Virus record (IMG/VR): IMGVR_UViG_3300029928_000003
Direction: 5' to 3' (one strand)
DNA length: 64,000 nucleotides
Source: a virus
Lineage: Duplodnaviria > Caudoviricetes
The position numbers and the translations under genes are program-made. Positions within the stretch are counted from its first letter, which is position 1, and the number at the start of each line of letters is the position of its first letter. Positions 1 to 10,700 of the stretch are shown piece after piece. The notes below the pieces were generated by a model that saw nothing but the letters and a program-made list of their open reading frames with translations, searched no databases and had not been told where the DNA came from.

Positions 1-711
1 AAATCGTATTTTAATACCGATGCTTATGTATCTCCTTTTATAGAGAAGATGTCTAAGTATACTGATAACTTTATTTATAATGGTATAATGCCAGATCAAA
101 TGACTTTGTCTGAAGGCAATACAGATGTTACATGGAACCGAATGTGGATTCAAGCAGTAATGCCAGATGAAAATGGATTTGATAATCATAGCCGTGTAGT
201 AGGAATGGTATATGGACTTGATATTCGTAAACCAGTAGTTAAATTTTATGTAGGAGGTCTTAATATGGCATGTTGTAATCTTTGCGTATTTTCTCCTTCA
301 TTCTTAGATGTACAAGAACTTGAACCAGACTCAGCTATAAATTATAAACCAGTTGATAGGCTTCTTGAACAGGTAGATAACGTTAGGGTTACTCTAGAAA
401 AATTACGTAATACTACAGTTGATTATAATGAAGTTCTTATTAATGAGAATCTTGGAGATTGGGTTCGTAAAACTTTAAATAGTACTTATTCTAATCAATA
501 TTCTAAAGTAAAGCTTGCAACATCTACTGCGATTGATGCTTATAAACTACTTTATGAAAATGAAGATTCTCCTTATTATGTACCTAAAGATACAAGTACT
601 GATATGTTTAATATCTATAATGCTTGGACTCAAGTAATTACTAATGATAAGAGAGATATTATAAATAAAGCTGAAAAAACTTTGTTAATTGGTAATATTC
701 TAGGAATTTAA
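1..711 (+). CDS. Conserved crAss-like phage hypothetical protein (5'-truncated by window)
   Basis: Frame is open from base 1 (KSYFNTDAYVSPFIEKM...) into the 220-aa ORF and ends TAA at 711. Confidence 0.7.
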   Translation, partial: KSYFNTDAYVSPFIEKMSKYTDNFIYNGIMPDQMTLSEGNTDVTWNRMWIQAVMPDENGFDNHSRVVGMVYGLDIRKPVVKFYVGGLNMACCNLCVFSPSFLDVQELEPDSAINYKPVDRLLEQVDNVRVTLEKLRNTTVDYNEVLINENLGDWVRKTLNSTYSNQYSKVKLATSTAIDAYKLLYENEDSPYYVPKDTSTDMFNIYNAWTQVITNDKRDIINKAEKTLLIGNILGI

Positions 712-713
712 AC

Positions 714-920
714 ATGTGGATATTTAAAGTAATATTAATTTTATATGCTCTAATTTATATTTTACTTGGAATCATTGTTAAATATAATATAGGTAATTCT
801 CAATATATATTAAAAGAATATATTTCTAATGATAATTATATTAGCAATAATTTACCTATTAATTACATTAATAATGGTTTCTTTTTATTAATAATTATTT
901 GGTTAGCATTATTTAGTTGA
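714..920 (+). CDS. Small membrane protein (two hydrophobic segments)
   Basis: Hydrophobic N- and C-terminal stretches; packed between neighbours. Confidence 0.55.
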   Translation: MWIFKVILILYALIYILLGIIVKYNIGNSQYILKEYISNDNYISNNLPINYINNGFFLLIIIWLALFS

Positions 921-1120
921 ATATGGAACTAGCTATAATGGACTTTTCAAATGGTACTTTACATATTTATCCAGTACCTAAATTAAATATGGAAGAATCT
1001 GAAATATTAGACTATATAGAAGATCTGGGATTTAAATTAAGTCAGGTAGATTGGATGCTTGCATCTCATAAAATTGATGTATTTGATTATGGAGTTAGCG
1101 ATCGTATACAACAGCGATAA
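917..1120 (+). CDS. Hypothetical protein (probable paralog of 12994-13173)
   Basis: ORF track; LAIMDFSNG...LG...M pattern shared with 12994-13173. Confidence 0.6.
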   Translation: MNMELAIMDFSNGTLHIYPVPKLNMEESEILDYIEDLGFKLSQVDWMLASHKIDVFDYGVSDRIQQR

Positions 1121-1367
1121 GCATAAAGACTTTTATAATTCTTTAATAAATTATTTATTACAAAATAATATTAAGTATAGTAGCTTTGATGCTAAATATA
1201 CTAAAGAAAGAAAGAAAAGTTATAGAGTTAAAGGAGCATTTAGTGCTAGATTAGACCCCTTTGTGGGAATATATGAAAATAATAATCCTATAAAAGGATT
1301 TTATTCAGAAGCTAATGAATGTACTTTAGATAATATTATAAACTATATTAAAACTGATAATGTATGA
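1089..1367 (+). CDS. Hypothetical protein
   Basis: Likely start MELAIVYN at 1089; ATGA overlap with dUTPase. Confidence 0.6.
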   Translation: MELAIVYNSDKHKDFYNSLINYLLQNNIKYSSFDAKYTKERKKSYRVKGAFSARLDPFVGIYENNNPIKGFYSEANECTLDNIINYIKTDNV

Positions 1368-1873
1368 GAGTAAATGTAATTAATAATTCTGAAAATCCAC
1401 TTCCTAAATATGAATCTGAATATGCCGCAGGCTTAGATTTACGTGCTTCTTTTAAATATATTACTCCTGAGAATCCATTAAAGCTTTACGGAGAAGGAGA
1501 AATTGTATTTGCTGGAGAACATCACGCTAAGACTATGTTACGGCTTGAACCTGGAAGTAGAGCAATTATTCCTACTGATATGTTCGTGTCTATCCCAAGC
1601 GGACATTTTGCAGCAATATATCCAAGAAGTGGTCTTAGTATTAAAAAAGGTTTGGGTTTATGTAACTCTGTTGGGGTTATAGATGCAGATTATAGGGGAA
1701 ATATCGGTATTCCTGTAATTAATAATGGTTTAGAAACTATTTGGATAGAAGATGGTGAACGTATTGCTCAACTTATTCTTCAACCATATATTACAGTAGA
1801 TTGGAATCAAGTAACTAGTCTTGATGAAACTAAAAGAGGAGAAGGCGGTTTTAATTCAACAGGAACAAAATGA
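1364..1873 (+). CDS. dut: Trimeric dUTPase
   Basis: Motifs AAGLDL, PRSGL, GVIDADYRG, RIAQL, RGEGGFNSTG. Confidence 0.96.
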   Translation: MRVNVINNSENPLPKYESEYAAGLDLRASFKYITPENPLKLYGEGEIVFAGEHHAKTMLRLEPGSRAIIPTDMFVSIPSGHFAAIYPRSGLSIKKGLGLCNSVGVIDADYRGNIGIPVINNGLETIWIEDGERIAQLILQPYITVDWNQVTSLDETKRGEGGFNSTGTK

Positions 1874-2034
1874 CAACACAGGCACAGAATTCAATTAATC
1901 TATATAAAGGTAATAATCCTAGTAAAATTAAAATAGGATTATCTTTACAGAAACCATCAGTAGTTAAAGAACTTATGGATTATTTTAAAGTAGATAGCAA
2001 AGACAAATTAGCACTTAAATTATCACAATTATAA
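1870..2034 (+). CDS. Small hypothetical protein (54 aa, below ORF-track cutoff)
   Basis: ATGA overlap with dut stop and TAATG overlap with next gene; MTTQAQNSINLYKG...LSQL. Confidence 0.55.
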   Translation: MTTQAQNSINLYKGNNPSKIKIGLSLQKPSVVKELMDYFKVDSKDKLALKLSQL

Positions 2035-2387
2035 TGGGACTTGATATTAGTTTTAGAAAAGTAAAAAGAACTGATTTATCTTATTTTCGTAAGGTTAATT
2101 TTTTAGTTAAATTCTTTAATGATAAATACCCAGAATTAAAAAATTGTTATCCTATAGATATAACTAAAGAAGATTTATTTGATCTTAAAAATCGATGTGA
2201 AGAAGTATTGCACGATCATACTAAAGCAGATAAATTGCTCCCAACACAAGATGGATTTTTCTTTGGGTCTGTAGATTATGATGATGATTATTATAAAGAT
2301 GTACAAGATGTATTAAATGCTGTAGCTGATATGTTATCAATAGATTTAGCTAATAATGAAAATATAGAATTTGAAATTTGGTATTAA
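2034..2387 (+). CDS. Conserved phage hypothetical protein
   Basis: MGLD...YFRKVN...LLPTQDGFFFGS.DYD pattern common in phage proteins. Confidence 0.75.
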   Translation: MGLDISFRKVKRTDLSYFRKVNFLVKFFNDKYPELKNCYPIDITKEDLFDLKNRCEEVLHDHTKADKLLPTQDGFFFGSVDYDDDYYKDVQDVLNAVADMLSIDLANNENIEFEIWY

Positions 2388-2408
2388 TTGTTTTATAAAC
2401 GATGTGTG

Positions 2409-2663
2409 ATGATTAAACAAGATTTCATTAAAATAATCCAAAGTCAACTTGATTGGGATGATAAAATAACTAAATTAGAAAATATTCTTCAAACAGAATT
2501 ATATATGTCAGATATGTATTCTCACCCTACATTTTTATTTGAATATATTATTAAAGATAAATTTACCAAAGACGGGGAAGATATTATCTATACCTATATT
2601 TATGAAGAAGGAGAACGAGATCTAGAATATTTATGGAATAAAGTAAAAGATTATAGAAAATAA
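2409..2663 (+). CDS. Hypothetical protein
   Basis: ORF track 2388-2663; likely ATG start MIKQDF. Confidence 0.6.
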   Translation: MIKQDFIKIIQSQLDWDDKITKLENILQTELYMSDMYSHPTFLFEYIIKDKFTKDGEDIIYTYIYEEGERDLEYLWNKVKDYRK

Positions 2664-2866
2664 TGGAATTTAATAAATTAAATTCAGTAACTGATAAACT
2701 AGGAAAATACTTTTATACTAGTAATGATGATTATATTACTGTTACTAAATGGAGTAATGGAGAAGGATATGATATAGATTTAAATGGAAAACTTGTTCAA
2801 CTTCATGAATGTGAATTAGATGCTATTAATTATTTAGTTCAAACATTACGATATGAAGAAAAGTGA
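2663..2866 (+). CDS. Hypothetical protein
   Basis: TAATG-coupled ORF; ITVTKWSNGEGYDIDL. Confidence 0.65.
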   Translation: MEFNKLNSVTDKLGKYFYTSNDDYITVTKWSNGEGYDIDLNGKLVQLHECELDAINYLVQTLRYEEK

Positions 2867-3164
2867 TTTTTGTAAAGTAGCTACAACAATATTAACAATA
2901 GAAGATTTCTTTGATAAATCTTTTAAGTTAAATATAGATTTAATATCTTCTCCGGTTTCAGACTATTATGTTATTTCAAGTATCTTATTTGAAACTAATT
3001 ACGGTATTAAAGGTAAAGAATTCCTTGATTGGTGGTTTTATGAAAGAGATACAAACAAATCCACAAAAGAACAATTATGGGATGAAAATGGAGATCCTAT
3101 AGATGTAGACTCTATTTTATCTTTATATCAATATATGGAAGATAATTATAGAAATAATTGTTAA
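2853..3164 (+). CDS. Hypothetical protein
   Basis: ORF overlapping previous gene; DWWFYE...LYQY. Confidence 0.65.
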   Translation: MKKSDFCKVATTILTIEDFFDKSFKLNIDLISSPVSDYYVISSILFETNYGIKGKEFLDWWFYERDTNKSTKEQLWDENGDPIDVDSILSLYQYMEDNYRNNC

Positions 3165-3176
3165 ATTAAATAATTT

Positions 3177-3499
3177 ATAGTATATTTGACTTTGACGTAG
3201 TGCTTCTTTGCAGATCAGTTCTAGCACATAATAAACATTAGAACCGTGCGTGTATTCGCTTGTCAAAGCTAACTGCCCTAGGAATCCCGCTCTGTCTTTG
3301 GCCCTGACAACGGGTGCTGGTACAAATCGGGGCGTGCCCAGCATCACAGTGTGTATACATTGGTTAGTAGCGACGACTCCTTAGTGAAAGTCTCAGACTT
3401 TTAACGAAAATAGTACCTAAGAAGGGGAAGGAGTTCAAGTTGGCATATATCAATAGAGTAAAAATTGATATTACCAGCATAGGGGGCCCTATATACTAT
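3177..3499 (+). ncRNA. Candidate large structured non-coding RNA (~320 nt), family unknown
   Basis: GC-elevated intergenic block with many nested stems and a 9-bp terminal inverted repeat, followed by a strong terminator. Confidence 0.6.
3181..3188 (+). promoter_or_regulatory. Possible Bacteroidota-type -7 promoter element (TAnnTTTG)
   Basis: TATATTTG at the 5' edge of the structured region. Confidence 0.4.
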
Positions 3500-3509
3500 T
3501 GTTAATTCA

Positions 3510-3549
3510 GATAAGTCCTAAGTATTTTCTTAGGACTTATCTTTTTTTA
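3510..3549 (+). terminator. Rho-independent terminator
   Basis: GATAAGTCCTAAG-tatttt-CTTAGGACTTATC followed by a T-run. Confidence 0.85.
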
Positions 3550-3556
3550 TCTATTT

Positions 3557-4771
3557 ATGATTGAATATTTATTAGGAAAAAGTTCTGCTGGTAAATTTAG
3601 ATTTGCCGTTATTGAATGTAACGAACAATGGAGTGAACCCGATAAAGGCTATGTTATTCAACGTAGTTATGGGCAAGTAGGCGGTAAAACAACTTTATCT
3701 CCTAAGATTATTGTAGATAGAACTAAACAGAAAAGAAATTGGAAAGAACAATATACTTTACAATTTAATTCGGAATTGAAGAAATTTCTAGATAAGGGTT
3801 ATATCAAAGTATCTAAGCACCCTAATGAGTATACAAATGAAGAACTTAATTCTATCTTCGGTGAAGTTAAAACTAATCAATATGGAGTAATTAAACCTAT
3901 GTTAGCTAAGCAAGCCGATAAAGTTACTAATAAAAAGATATTTGATAATGTTTGGATAGCTTCAAAAAAATTAGATGGCGTAAGATGCCTTATGTACTAT
4001 AAAGATGGAGAAATACTTACTGCTTCTAGAGGTGGAGAAACATATCAACCATCTACAGTACATATTCGTAGTGATGAACGATTATTAAATTACTTTATAA
4101 ATAATCCAACTCATATTCTAGATGGAGAATTATTTAGAAGATTTAAAAGTCTTCAGCAAATTAGTGGTGCAGCTAGATTAGAGAAAAATGCTTATGATTG
4201 TGAATGGCTTCAATACTGGATATACGATGTATATGATACTTCTAATCCTGATTGGAAAGCTGGAGATAGAATAAAACATCTTCTTAATAGTTCAATTACT
4301 TATAATATTCCATTATATGCAGATACTTCCATGGATGAAGAAGATAGTAATATATTTATATTAATGCAAGAACCTATTTCAGGTTGGGATAATATAGATA
4401 AATTACATGATCAATTTGTAAATGAAGGATTTGAAGGAGTAGTAATTAGAAATCCAGATAAACCTTACAAACCAGGAGGTCGTACAAATGATATGATTAA
4501 AGTAAAGAAATATAAATCTGAAGATTTTAAAGTAATAGGATATAAACTAGGTCTTAGAGGTTCTGAAGATATGACTTTTACTTGTGAATTAGAAGATGGT
4601 AGAACATTTGAAGCAATGCCTTGTGGAACAAGAGAACAGAAAGTAGAATATGTTGAGAACTTTGATTCTAAATATAAAGGACATAAAGCAGAATGTACTT
4701 TCTTTAATTATTCAGATGATGGAATTCCTACTCAACCTAAATTAAGAATCTTTAGATTTGATTTAGAATAA
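3557..4771 (+). CDS. lig: ATP-dependent DNA ligase
   Basis: KPMLA, KLDGVR (adenylation Lys), LDGEL, EGVVIR, IKVK motifs; C-terminal OB domain. Confidence 0.93.
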   Translation: MIEYLLGKSSAGKFRFAVIECNEQWSEPDKGYVIQRSYGQVGGKTTLSPKIIVDRTKQKRNWKEQYTLQFNSELKKFLDKGYIKVSKHPNEYTNEELNSIFGEVKTNQYGVIKPMLAKQADKVTNKKIFDNVWIASKKLDGVRCLMYYKDGEILTASRGGETYQPSTVHIRSDERLLNYFINNPTHILDGELFRRFKSLQQISGAARLEKNAYDCEWLQYWIYDVYDTSNPDWKAGDRIKHLLNSSITYNIPLYADTSMDEEDSNIFILMQEPISGWDNIDKLHDQFVNEGFEGVVIRNPDKPYKPGGRTNDMIKVKKYKSEDFKVIGYKLGLRGSEDMTFTCELEDGRTFEAMPCGTREQKVEYVENFDSKYKGHKAECTFFNYSDDGIPTQPKLRIFRFDLE

Positions 4772-4772
4772 T

Positions 4773-5609
4773 ATGAGTAAATTTGATATCAAACAAATAA
4801 TAACAGACCGTAGTGATGCATCTTTAAAATTTTATTTTCGGGATGTATCTAAAGAAAAGAGAATTACTCAAGAAGAAGAGATAGAATTAGCTAAGAAAAT
4901 AAAGAAAGGAGATCATAATGCTCTAAATAAATTAGTTACTGCTAATTTAAGATTTGTAATCTCCGTTGCTAAACAGTATCAAGGTAAGGGTTTAAGTCTT
5001 GTAGATCTTATTCAAGAGGGTAACTTAGGATTACTTACTGCAGCTCAATCTTTTGATGAAACTAGAGGATATAAATTTATTTCCTATGCAGTATGGTGGA
5101 TAAGACAATATATTACTAAGGCTTTATCCAATCAATGTAGAACTGTCAGACTTCCAATGAACCAAGTATTATGTATAGCAAAATATAATAAGGTAAGTTC
5201 TAAATTTGAACAAGAAAATGGTAGAAAGCCTTCTTTATCTGAATTAGAAGAAATTTCAGATTTACAATCTGATAAAGTATCAGAAGCATTAACGTATAAC
5301 CCAAGTTTTTCTTCTTTGTCTTCTCCTATTAATGAAAATGATAAAGGATGTTTACTTGATATTATCCCAAATACTAATGCAGATATATCTATAGAAATTG
5401 GAAGTAAAATAGATCAAGTATTACATCAATTACCTTATAGAGAACAGGATGTACTTAGATTATATTATGGTATAGGAGTTTCTCCTATGCAAGATACAGT
5501 AATAGCCGATTTATTTGATATAAGTACTGAAAGAGTGCGACAAATAAAAGCGAGAGCTATTAAAATAATACAAGCTAAATACACTAATTTTCTTAGAGAT
5601 TTACTATGA
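4773..5609 (+). CDS. Sigma70-family (RpoD/RpoS-like) RNA polymerase sigma factor
   Basis: ANLRFVISVAKQY, DLIQEGNLGL, KFISYAVWWIRQ (region 2); ERVRQI HTH (region 4). Confidence 0.93.
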   Translation: MSKFDIKQIITDRSDASLKFYFRDVSKEKRITQEEEIELAKKIKKGDHNALNKLVTANLRFVISVAKQYQGKGLSLVDLIQEGNLGLLTAAQSFDETRGYKFISYAVWWIRQYITKALSNQCRTVRLPMNQVLCIAKYNKVSSKFEQENGRKPSLSELEEISDLQSDKVSEALTYNPSFSSLSSPINENDKGCLLDIIPNTNADISIEIGSKIDQVLHQLPYREQDVLRLYYGIGVSPMQDTVIADLFDISTERVRQIKARAIKIIQAKYTNFLRDLL

Positions 5610-7708
5610 TATATTTAGTTAGTAATAATAATACTCTATTTGAATCCAATAATTATAAAAAGATATCTTGTAAAGATGCATTACAATTATTAGATAAATT
5701 AAAGCTAATACAGTTAGACAGTGAGACTTCTGGACTAGATTGTCATACTAAAGTATTACTTACTTTACAATTAGGTAATAAAGATAATCAAATAGTATTT
5801 GATTGGACTACTATTTCTAATGAGGATAAATCTTCTATTAAGAAGTTCTTAGAAAGTGAAGATAAGACTTGGCTAGCATGGAATGCTGCGTTTGATTTAA
5901 CTTTTCTTTATGTTCAACATATATATCCTAAGAATATTATTGATGGAATGATATTAGATAAACTGATATTTTTAGGATATCCTCCATCATTAACTCCAGA
6001 TTTATTTACTAATCAATTTGGGTATAAACCAGTATATGATGCTAATAATGTTTTAAAACATTATGAATTAAGTTATTCTTTAAAAGCGGCCGCTGATAGG
6101 TGGATACATACAGATATTGATAAATCAGTCAGAGGCCAGATTATTACTAAAGGATTAACCGATTCTGTAGTAGTTTATGCCGCAAATGATGTTAGGTGGT
6201 TAGAAGATATATATAATGAACAATTAAAAGAGCTAACTAAACAAGATTTATTACGAGCAGCTAAATTTGAATGTGAATTCATTAAATCTGTAGCTTATAC
6301 TAAATATTGTGGTATTCATTTAGATGCAGATAAGTGGAAAGCTAAAATGAAAAAAGACCAAAATAATTTACAAGTGGCTATTAAAGAATTAAATAATTAT
6401 GTAGTAAATCTATATAATAAAGATAAGTCCTATAAAGCTTTTACAACATATGTTCAACCAGATTTATTTGGATTTACTACTCCTGGGATTGCTTGTAATA
6501 TAAATTGGAGTAGTTCTAAACAGGTAATACTCTTATTTGAACAACTTGGAATACAGGTTAAAACATTTGATAAGAAGACTAGAAAAGAAAAGAAATCTAT
6601 AGAAGAAAAACAATTAGCTCCACAATCTGATAAGTTTCCCATTATCCCATTATTTTTAAGATATCAGGGTGCTTCTAAACTTGTATCTACTTATGGTGAT
6701 AATTGGCTAAAAGCAATTAATCCTAAGACTGGAAGAATCCATTTAGAATTACATTCTATTGGTACTGACACCAGTAGAATGAGTAGTGGTGGGGGTGTTT
6801 ATAAATTAAACGCCCAGAATTTACCAAATGATGCTGAAACCAGAGCTTGTTTTACTGCCGAAGAGGGTAATTCCTGGCTTAGTTGTGACTACAAAGGGCA
6901 AGAAAGTTGTTTAATAGCTTCGGTATCTAAAGATAAAGCTATGATTAAAGAACTTAGTAAACCTAATGGTGATATTCATAGCTTAGTGGCTTATATGTCT
7001 TATCCTAGTATAATTCCTAGGAATACTCCTATAGAAAATATTAAGAAAGAATATCACGACGCTAGACAGAATGCTAAAGGAATTGAATTCTCGATCAATT
7101 ATGGCGGTGATGCTCATACAATAGCTAATAATAAGGGTATTTCTATTAAAGAAGCAGAAAAAATCTATAATGACTTTATGAAGGGTTTTCCAGGTATTCA
7201 TAAGTATCAACAATATTGTAGAAATACAATACTACAGAAAGGCTATATACTTATGAATCCTATTTTAGGACACCGTGCCCATCTATATGACGGAGAATGG
7301 TTAAAGAAGATGTCTAATAAAATGGAAGATCCCGAATTTGTTAATTATTATTGGCAAATGCGTAAATTAAGTCCTAATTGTGATACTGTTAAAGATGTAA
7401 ATAGATTTAATAAGAGAAAAGCTGCTTCTGAAAAACAATCTATAAACTATCGTATACAAAACCGTGGGGCTTGCTGCTTTAAATTAGCTTCTATTAAGTT
7501 ATTTAATTGGATAGTTAATAATAACTATCAAGATAAAGTACTTATGTGTGTCCCTGCCCATGATGAATGGAATCTTGAATGCCCTAAAGACATGCAAGAT
7601 ATTGTGGGTAAAGTTTTAGTGCAATGTATGGTTGCAGGAGGTAGACCCTTCTGTCCTAACGTATTCTTAGGGGCTGACTTAGAAATTTCAGATCATTGGG
7701 TTCATTAA
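5606..7708 (+). CDS. polA: Family A DNA polymerase with N-terminal 3'-5' exonuclease
   Basis: Exo motifs DSET, NAAFD, YAAND; pol motifs DYKGQE, RQNAKGIEFSINYG, NYRIQ, HDE. Confidence 0.93.
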   Translation: MIYLVSNNNTLFESNNYKKISCKDALQLLDKLKLIQLDSETSGLDCHTKVLLTLQLGNKDNQIVFDWTTISNEDKSSIKKFLESEDKTWLAWNAAFDLTFLYVQHIYPKNIIDGMILDKLIFLGYPPSLTPDLFTNQFGYKPVYDANNVLKHYELSYSLKAAADRWIHTDIDKSVRGQIITKGLTDSVVVYAANDVRWLEDIYNEQLKELTKQDLLRAAKFECEFIKSVAYTKYCGIHLDADKWKAKMKKDQNNLQVAIKELNNYVVNLYNKDKSYKAFTTYVQPDLFGFTTPGIACNINWSSSKQVILLFEQLGIQVKTFDKKTRKEKKSIEEKQLAPQSDKFPIIPLFLRYQGASKLVSTYGDNWLKAINPKTGRIHLELHSIGTDTSRMSSGGGVYKLNAQNLPNDAETRACFTAEEGNSWLSCDYKGQESCLIASVSKDKAMIKELSKPNGDIHSLVAYMSYPSIIPRNTPIENIKKEYHDARQNAKGIEFSINYGGDAHTIANNKGISIKEAEKIYNDFMKGFPGIHKYQQYCRNTILQKGYILMNPILGHRAHLYDGEWLKKMSNKMEDPEFVNYYWQMRKLSPNCDTVKDVNRFNKRKAASEKQSINYRIQNRGACCFKLASIKLFNWIVNNNYQDKVLMCVPAHDEWNLECPKDMQDIVGKVLVQCMVAGGRPFCPNVFLGADLEISDHWVH

Positions 7709-7722
7709 TAAATATTAATTCT

Positions 7723-10700
7723 ATGAATATAACTAAACGAGACGGATCGATTGAAAAATTTGATATTAATAAAATTATTAATGCTGTAGGTAAAGCATAT
7801 AAATCAGAAGGATATACAATTAATGATGATATTATAGATGAATTAAAAAATCTTACTACTACATATATTTCAGATAATATTTCAGTAGAAAAAATACAAG
7901 ATGAAGTAGAGCAAATTTTAATGGATAATGCTCCTTTTGATGTAGCTAAAGCATATATTACATATAGAGAGAAACATAAACAATCAAGACTTATTAGAGA
8001 AAGAATTGATTATATGAATAAATATAGTCAATCAAATGATAATGCTGCATCTTCTAGTGAAACTGATGGTAATTCTAATGTTACCATTAAAAATGTAGCT
8101 AATCTTGAAGGAGAAGTATATAAAACTACTAATAGAATCATTCAAAGACAACGAATGAAAGATAAGTTAAATGAAATGTTTCCAGAAGTAGCTAAACAAT
8201 ATGAAGAAGATTTAAATCATCATATTATATATACGCACGATGAAGCTAGTACTCCTGTTTTAAAGAATTATTGTATGGCAGTATCTTTATATCCTTTAAT
8301 AGAATATGGTACTTCTACAATGGATGGATTAAAAGCTTCTGCTCCTAAAAACTTAGATAGCTTTTGTGGACAATTTGTTAATCTTGTATTCTTATTAAGT
8401 TCTCAATGTAAAGGAGCTGTTGGGTTTGGAGAGTTCTTTAATTTCTTTGATTATTATTGTGCTAAAGAATGGGGGCCTAATTATCATCTTAAAGAAGATA
8501 TAATTGTAGATACAGATTATGTAGTTAATCCAAAAACCATTGGTCAAAAAATAGAACAATATTTTCAACAAGTTGTCTATTCATTAAATCAACCAGCAGG
8601 TAATAGATCATATCAATCCCCATTTACTAACTTTAATTATTTTGACAGTAATTATTGGCATAGTTTATTTGATGATTTCTGTTTTCCTGATGGTAGTAAA
8701 CCTGTATGGGAAAGAGTAGATTTTCTTCAAAGAAAATTTATGAATTGGTTTAATGAGGAAAGAACTAAAACTTTACTTACATATCCTGTAGAATCTATGT
8801 GTTTATTACATGATGGTAAAGATGTAATTGATAAATCATATAAAGATTTAGCTGCTGAAATGTGGTCTAAAGGACATAGTTTCTTTGTGTACTTATCTGA
8901 TAATCCAGATGCGGTTGCAAGTTGCTGTTTTAGCAAGGATACTAAATTTTTATGGAAATCTTCTACAAGTGAGGTTCATATTAGTACCTTTAAAGAATTT
9001 CTTGATCTTCCCTATAAACAAACGAAAGAAAATTTTAAAGTATTTCATAATGGTTCATGGATAAAAGGTAAAATAATTTCTCTTCCAAATAGACAAATGT
9101 ATAAAGTTATCACTTATAATAATAAAGAATTTATTATGAGTGATAACCATATTAATGTTACGTATGATGGAGAAAAAAGAACAGAAGATTTAACAACAGA
9201 TGATTATCTTATGTTCAATACTTCAACACTTTCACCTGTTACAGAAAATAACGAACATTTAACTTATGAACAAGGTTTGTTAATAGGGTTATTCTTAGGT
9301 GATGGAACCTTTGGAAATTATGTATGTCTTGATGGTAGTGTTCATAGTTTTCAACTCTCTCTAAATAAAGAAAAATGGGAAAAAGTACAAAACCATTTAT
9401 CAAAAATTGGAGATTTTAGATTAGGTACTATATATAATAATGTATATCCTATTCATTGTTATAATAAAGAATTAACTACATTTATAGCGAAATGGACTGG
9501 TAATGAACCTAATAAGACTTCTGCTTTAAATAAATCTTTAAATCTAGATTGTTTTTTACAGTCAGTAGAATTTAGGAGAGGTATTCTTGATGGTTGGTAT
9601 ATTACAGATGGAGGTAATTCAAATAGATGCTATACTATAAGCAAACATTTGGTTGAAAGAATGGAAGCTTTATGTACTACATTAGGGTTGCAAACTATAC
9701 TTAATATATCAGATAGGACAGATGAAGCTGTAATTATTAGAGGCCAAGAATTTAACAGAAATTACCCATTATATTGTCTTAGATGGTATGTTGATGCTAA
9801 TCATAGATGCAATAAAACTAAAGATAAATCTTGGAAGAAAAAGAATAATAGTATATATTGGAAAATTAAATCCATAGAGCCAATAGAATATAAAGATAAT
9901 ATATATTGTGTTCAATGTGATAATCAAGATGAACCCTATTTTACATTACCTAATGGGTTAATTACTCATAACTGTAGATTGAGGAATGAAGTAGTTAATA
10001 ATACTTTTAGTTCAACTACTGGACTTACGGGTGTACAAACAGGTTCAGTTAATGTAATTACTCTTAACTTAAATAGAATAGTACAAGATTGGTATAAAGA
10101 ATATAATAAATCAAAAGATAAGTTTGATTTAGATACTTTGAAACCCAGTTTTAAAGCTTATTTATTAAAGATTCTTGAAAGAGTTTATAAATATCAAGTA
10201 GCTTATAAAACAATGTTGTTTGAACTTGAGAAACAAGGTATGCTTACTGCTTCAAAGGCTGGATATATTTCAATGAAGAAACTATTTTCTACTATTGGTG
10301 TGAACGGTTTTAATGAAATGGCTCAATTTATGGGGCTTAAAGTAAGTAATAATACTGAATACAAAGACTTTATTGCTTATGTATTTAATATTATCTCTAC
10401 TTTCTGTAAAGAAAAGTCTACAAAAAATTATCTCTTTAACTTAGAAGTAGTGCCAGCAGAGAGTCTGGGTTCAAAAAACTATAATTGGGATAAAAAAGAT
10501 GGTTATATTGTGCCAAATAATGAAGTATTGTATAATTCTTATATATACGATGCACATGATCCTAATACTTCTGTTTTAGATAAGTTTGTACTACAAGGAG
10601 GTAAAGTAGCAAAAGCATCATCTGGAGGACAAGCACTTCATTGTAATCTAGAGGATCATTTAAGTAAAGAACAATATCTTAAACTTATAGAATTTGCTAT

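Noticed and set aside
1912-1945. ATAATCCTA...TAGGATTAT inverted repeat as a terminator
   Set aside because: Lies inside a coupled small ORF, has a long loop and only a weak T-tract
3123-3347. 74-aa minus-strand ORF
   Set aside because: Antisense to the operon, atypical composition, and overlaps the structured RNA; likely a by-product of higher GC
3177-3499. tRNA, tmRNA or group I intron identity for the structured region
   Set aside because: No cloverleaf or T-loop/CCA end, no recognisable R/S core elements, and no interrupted gene on either side
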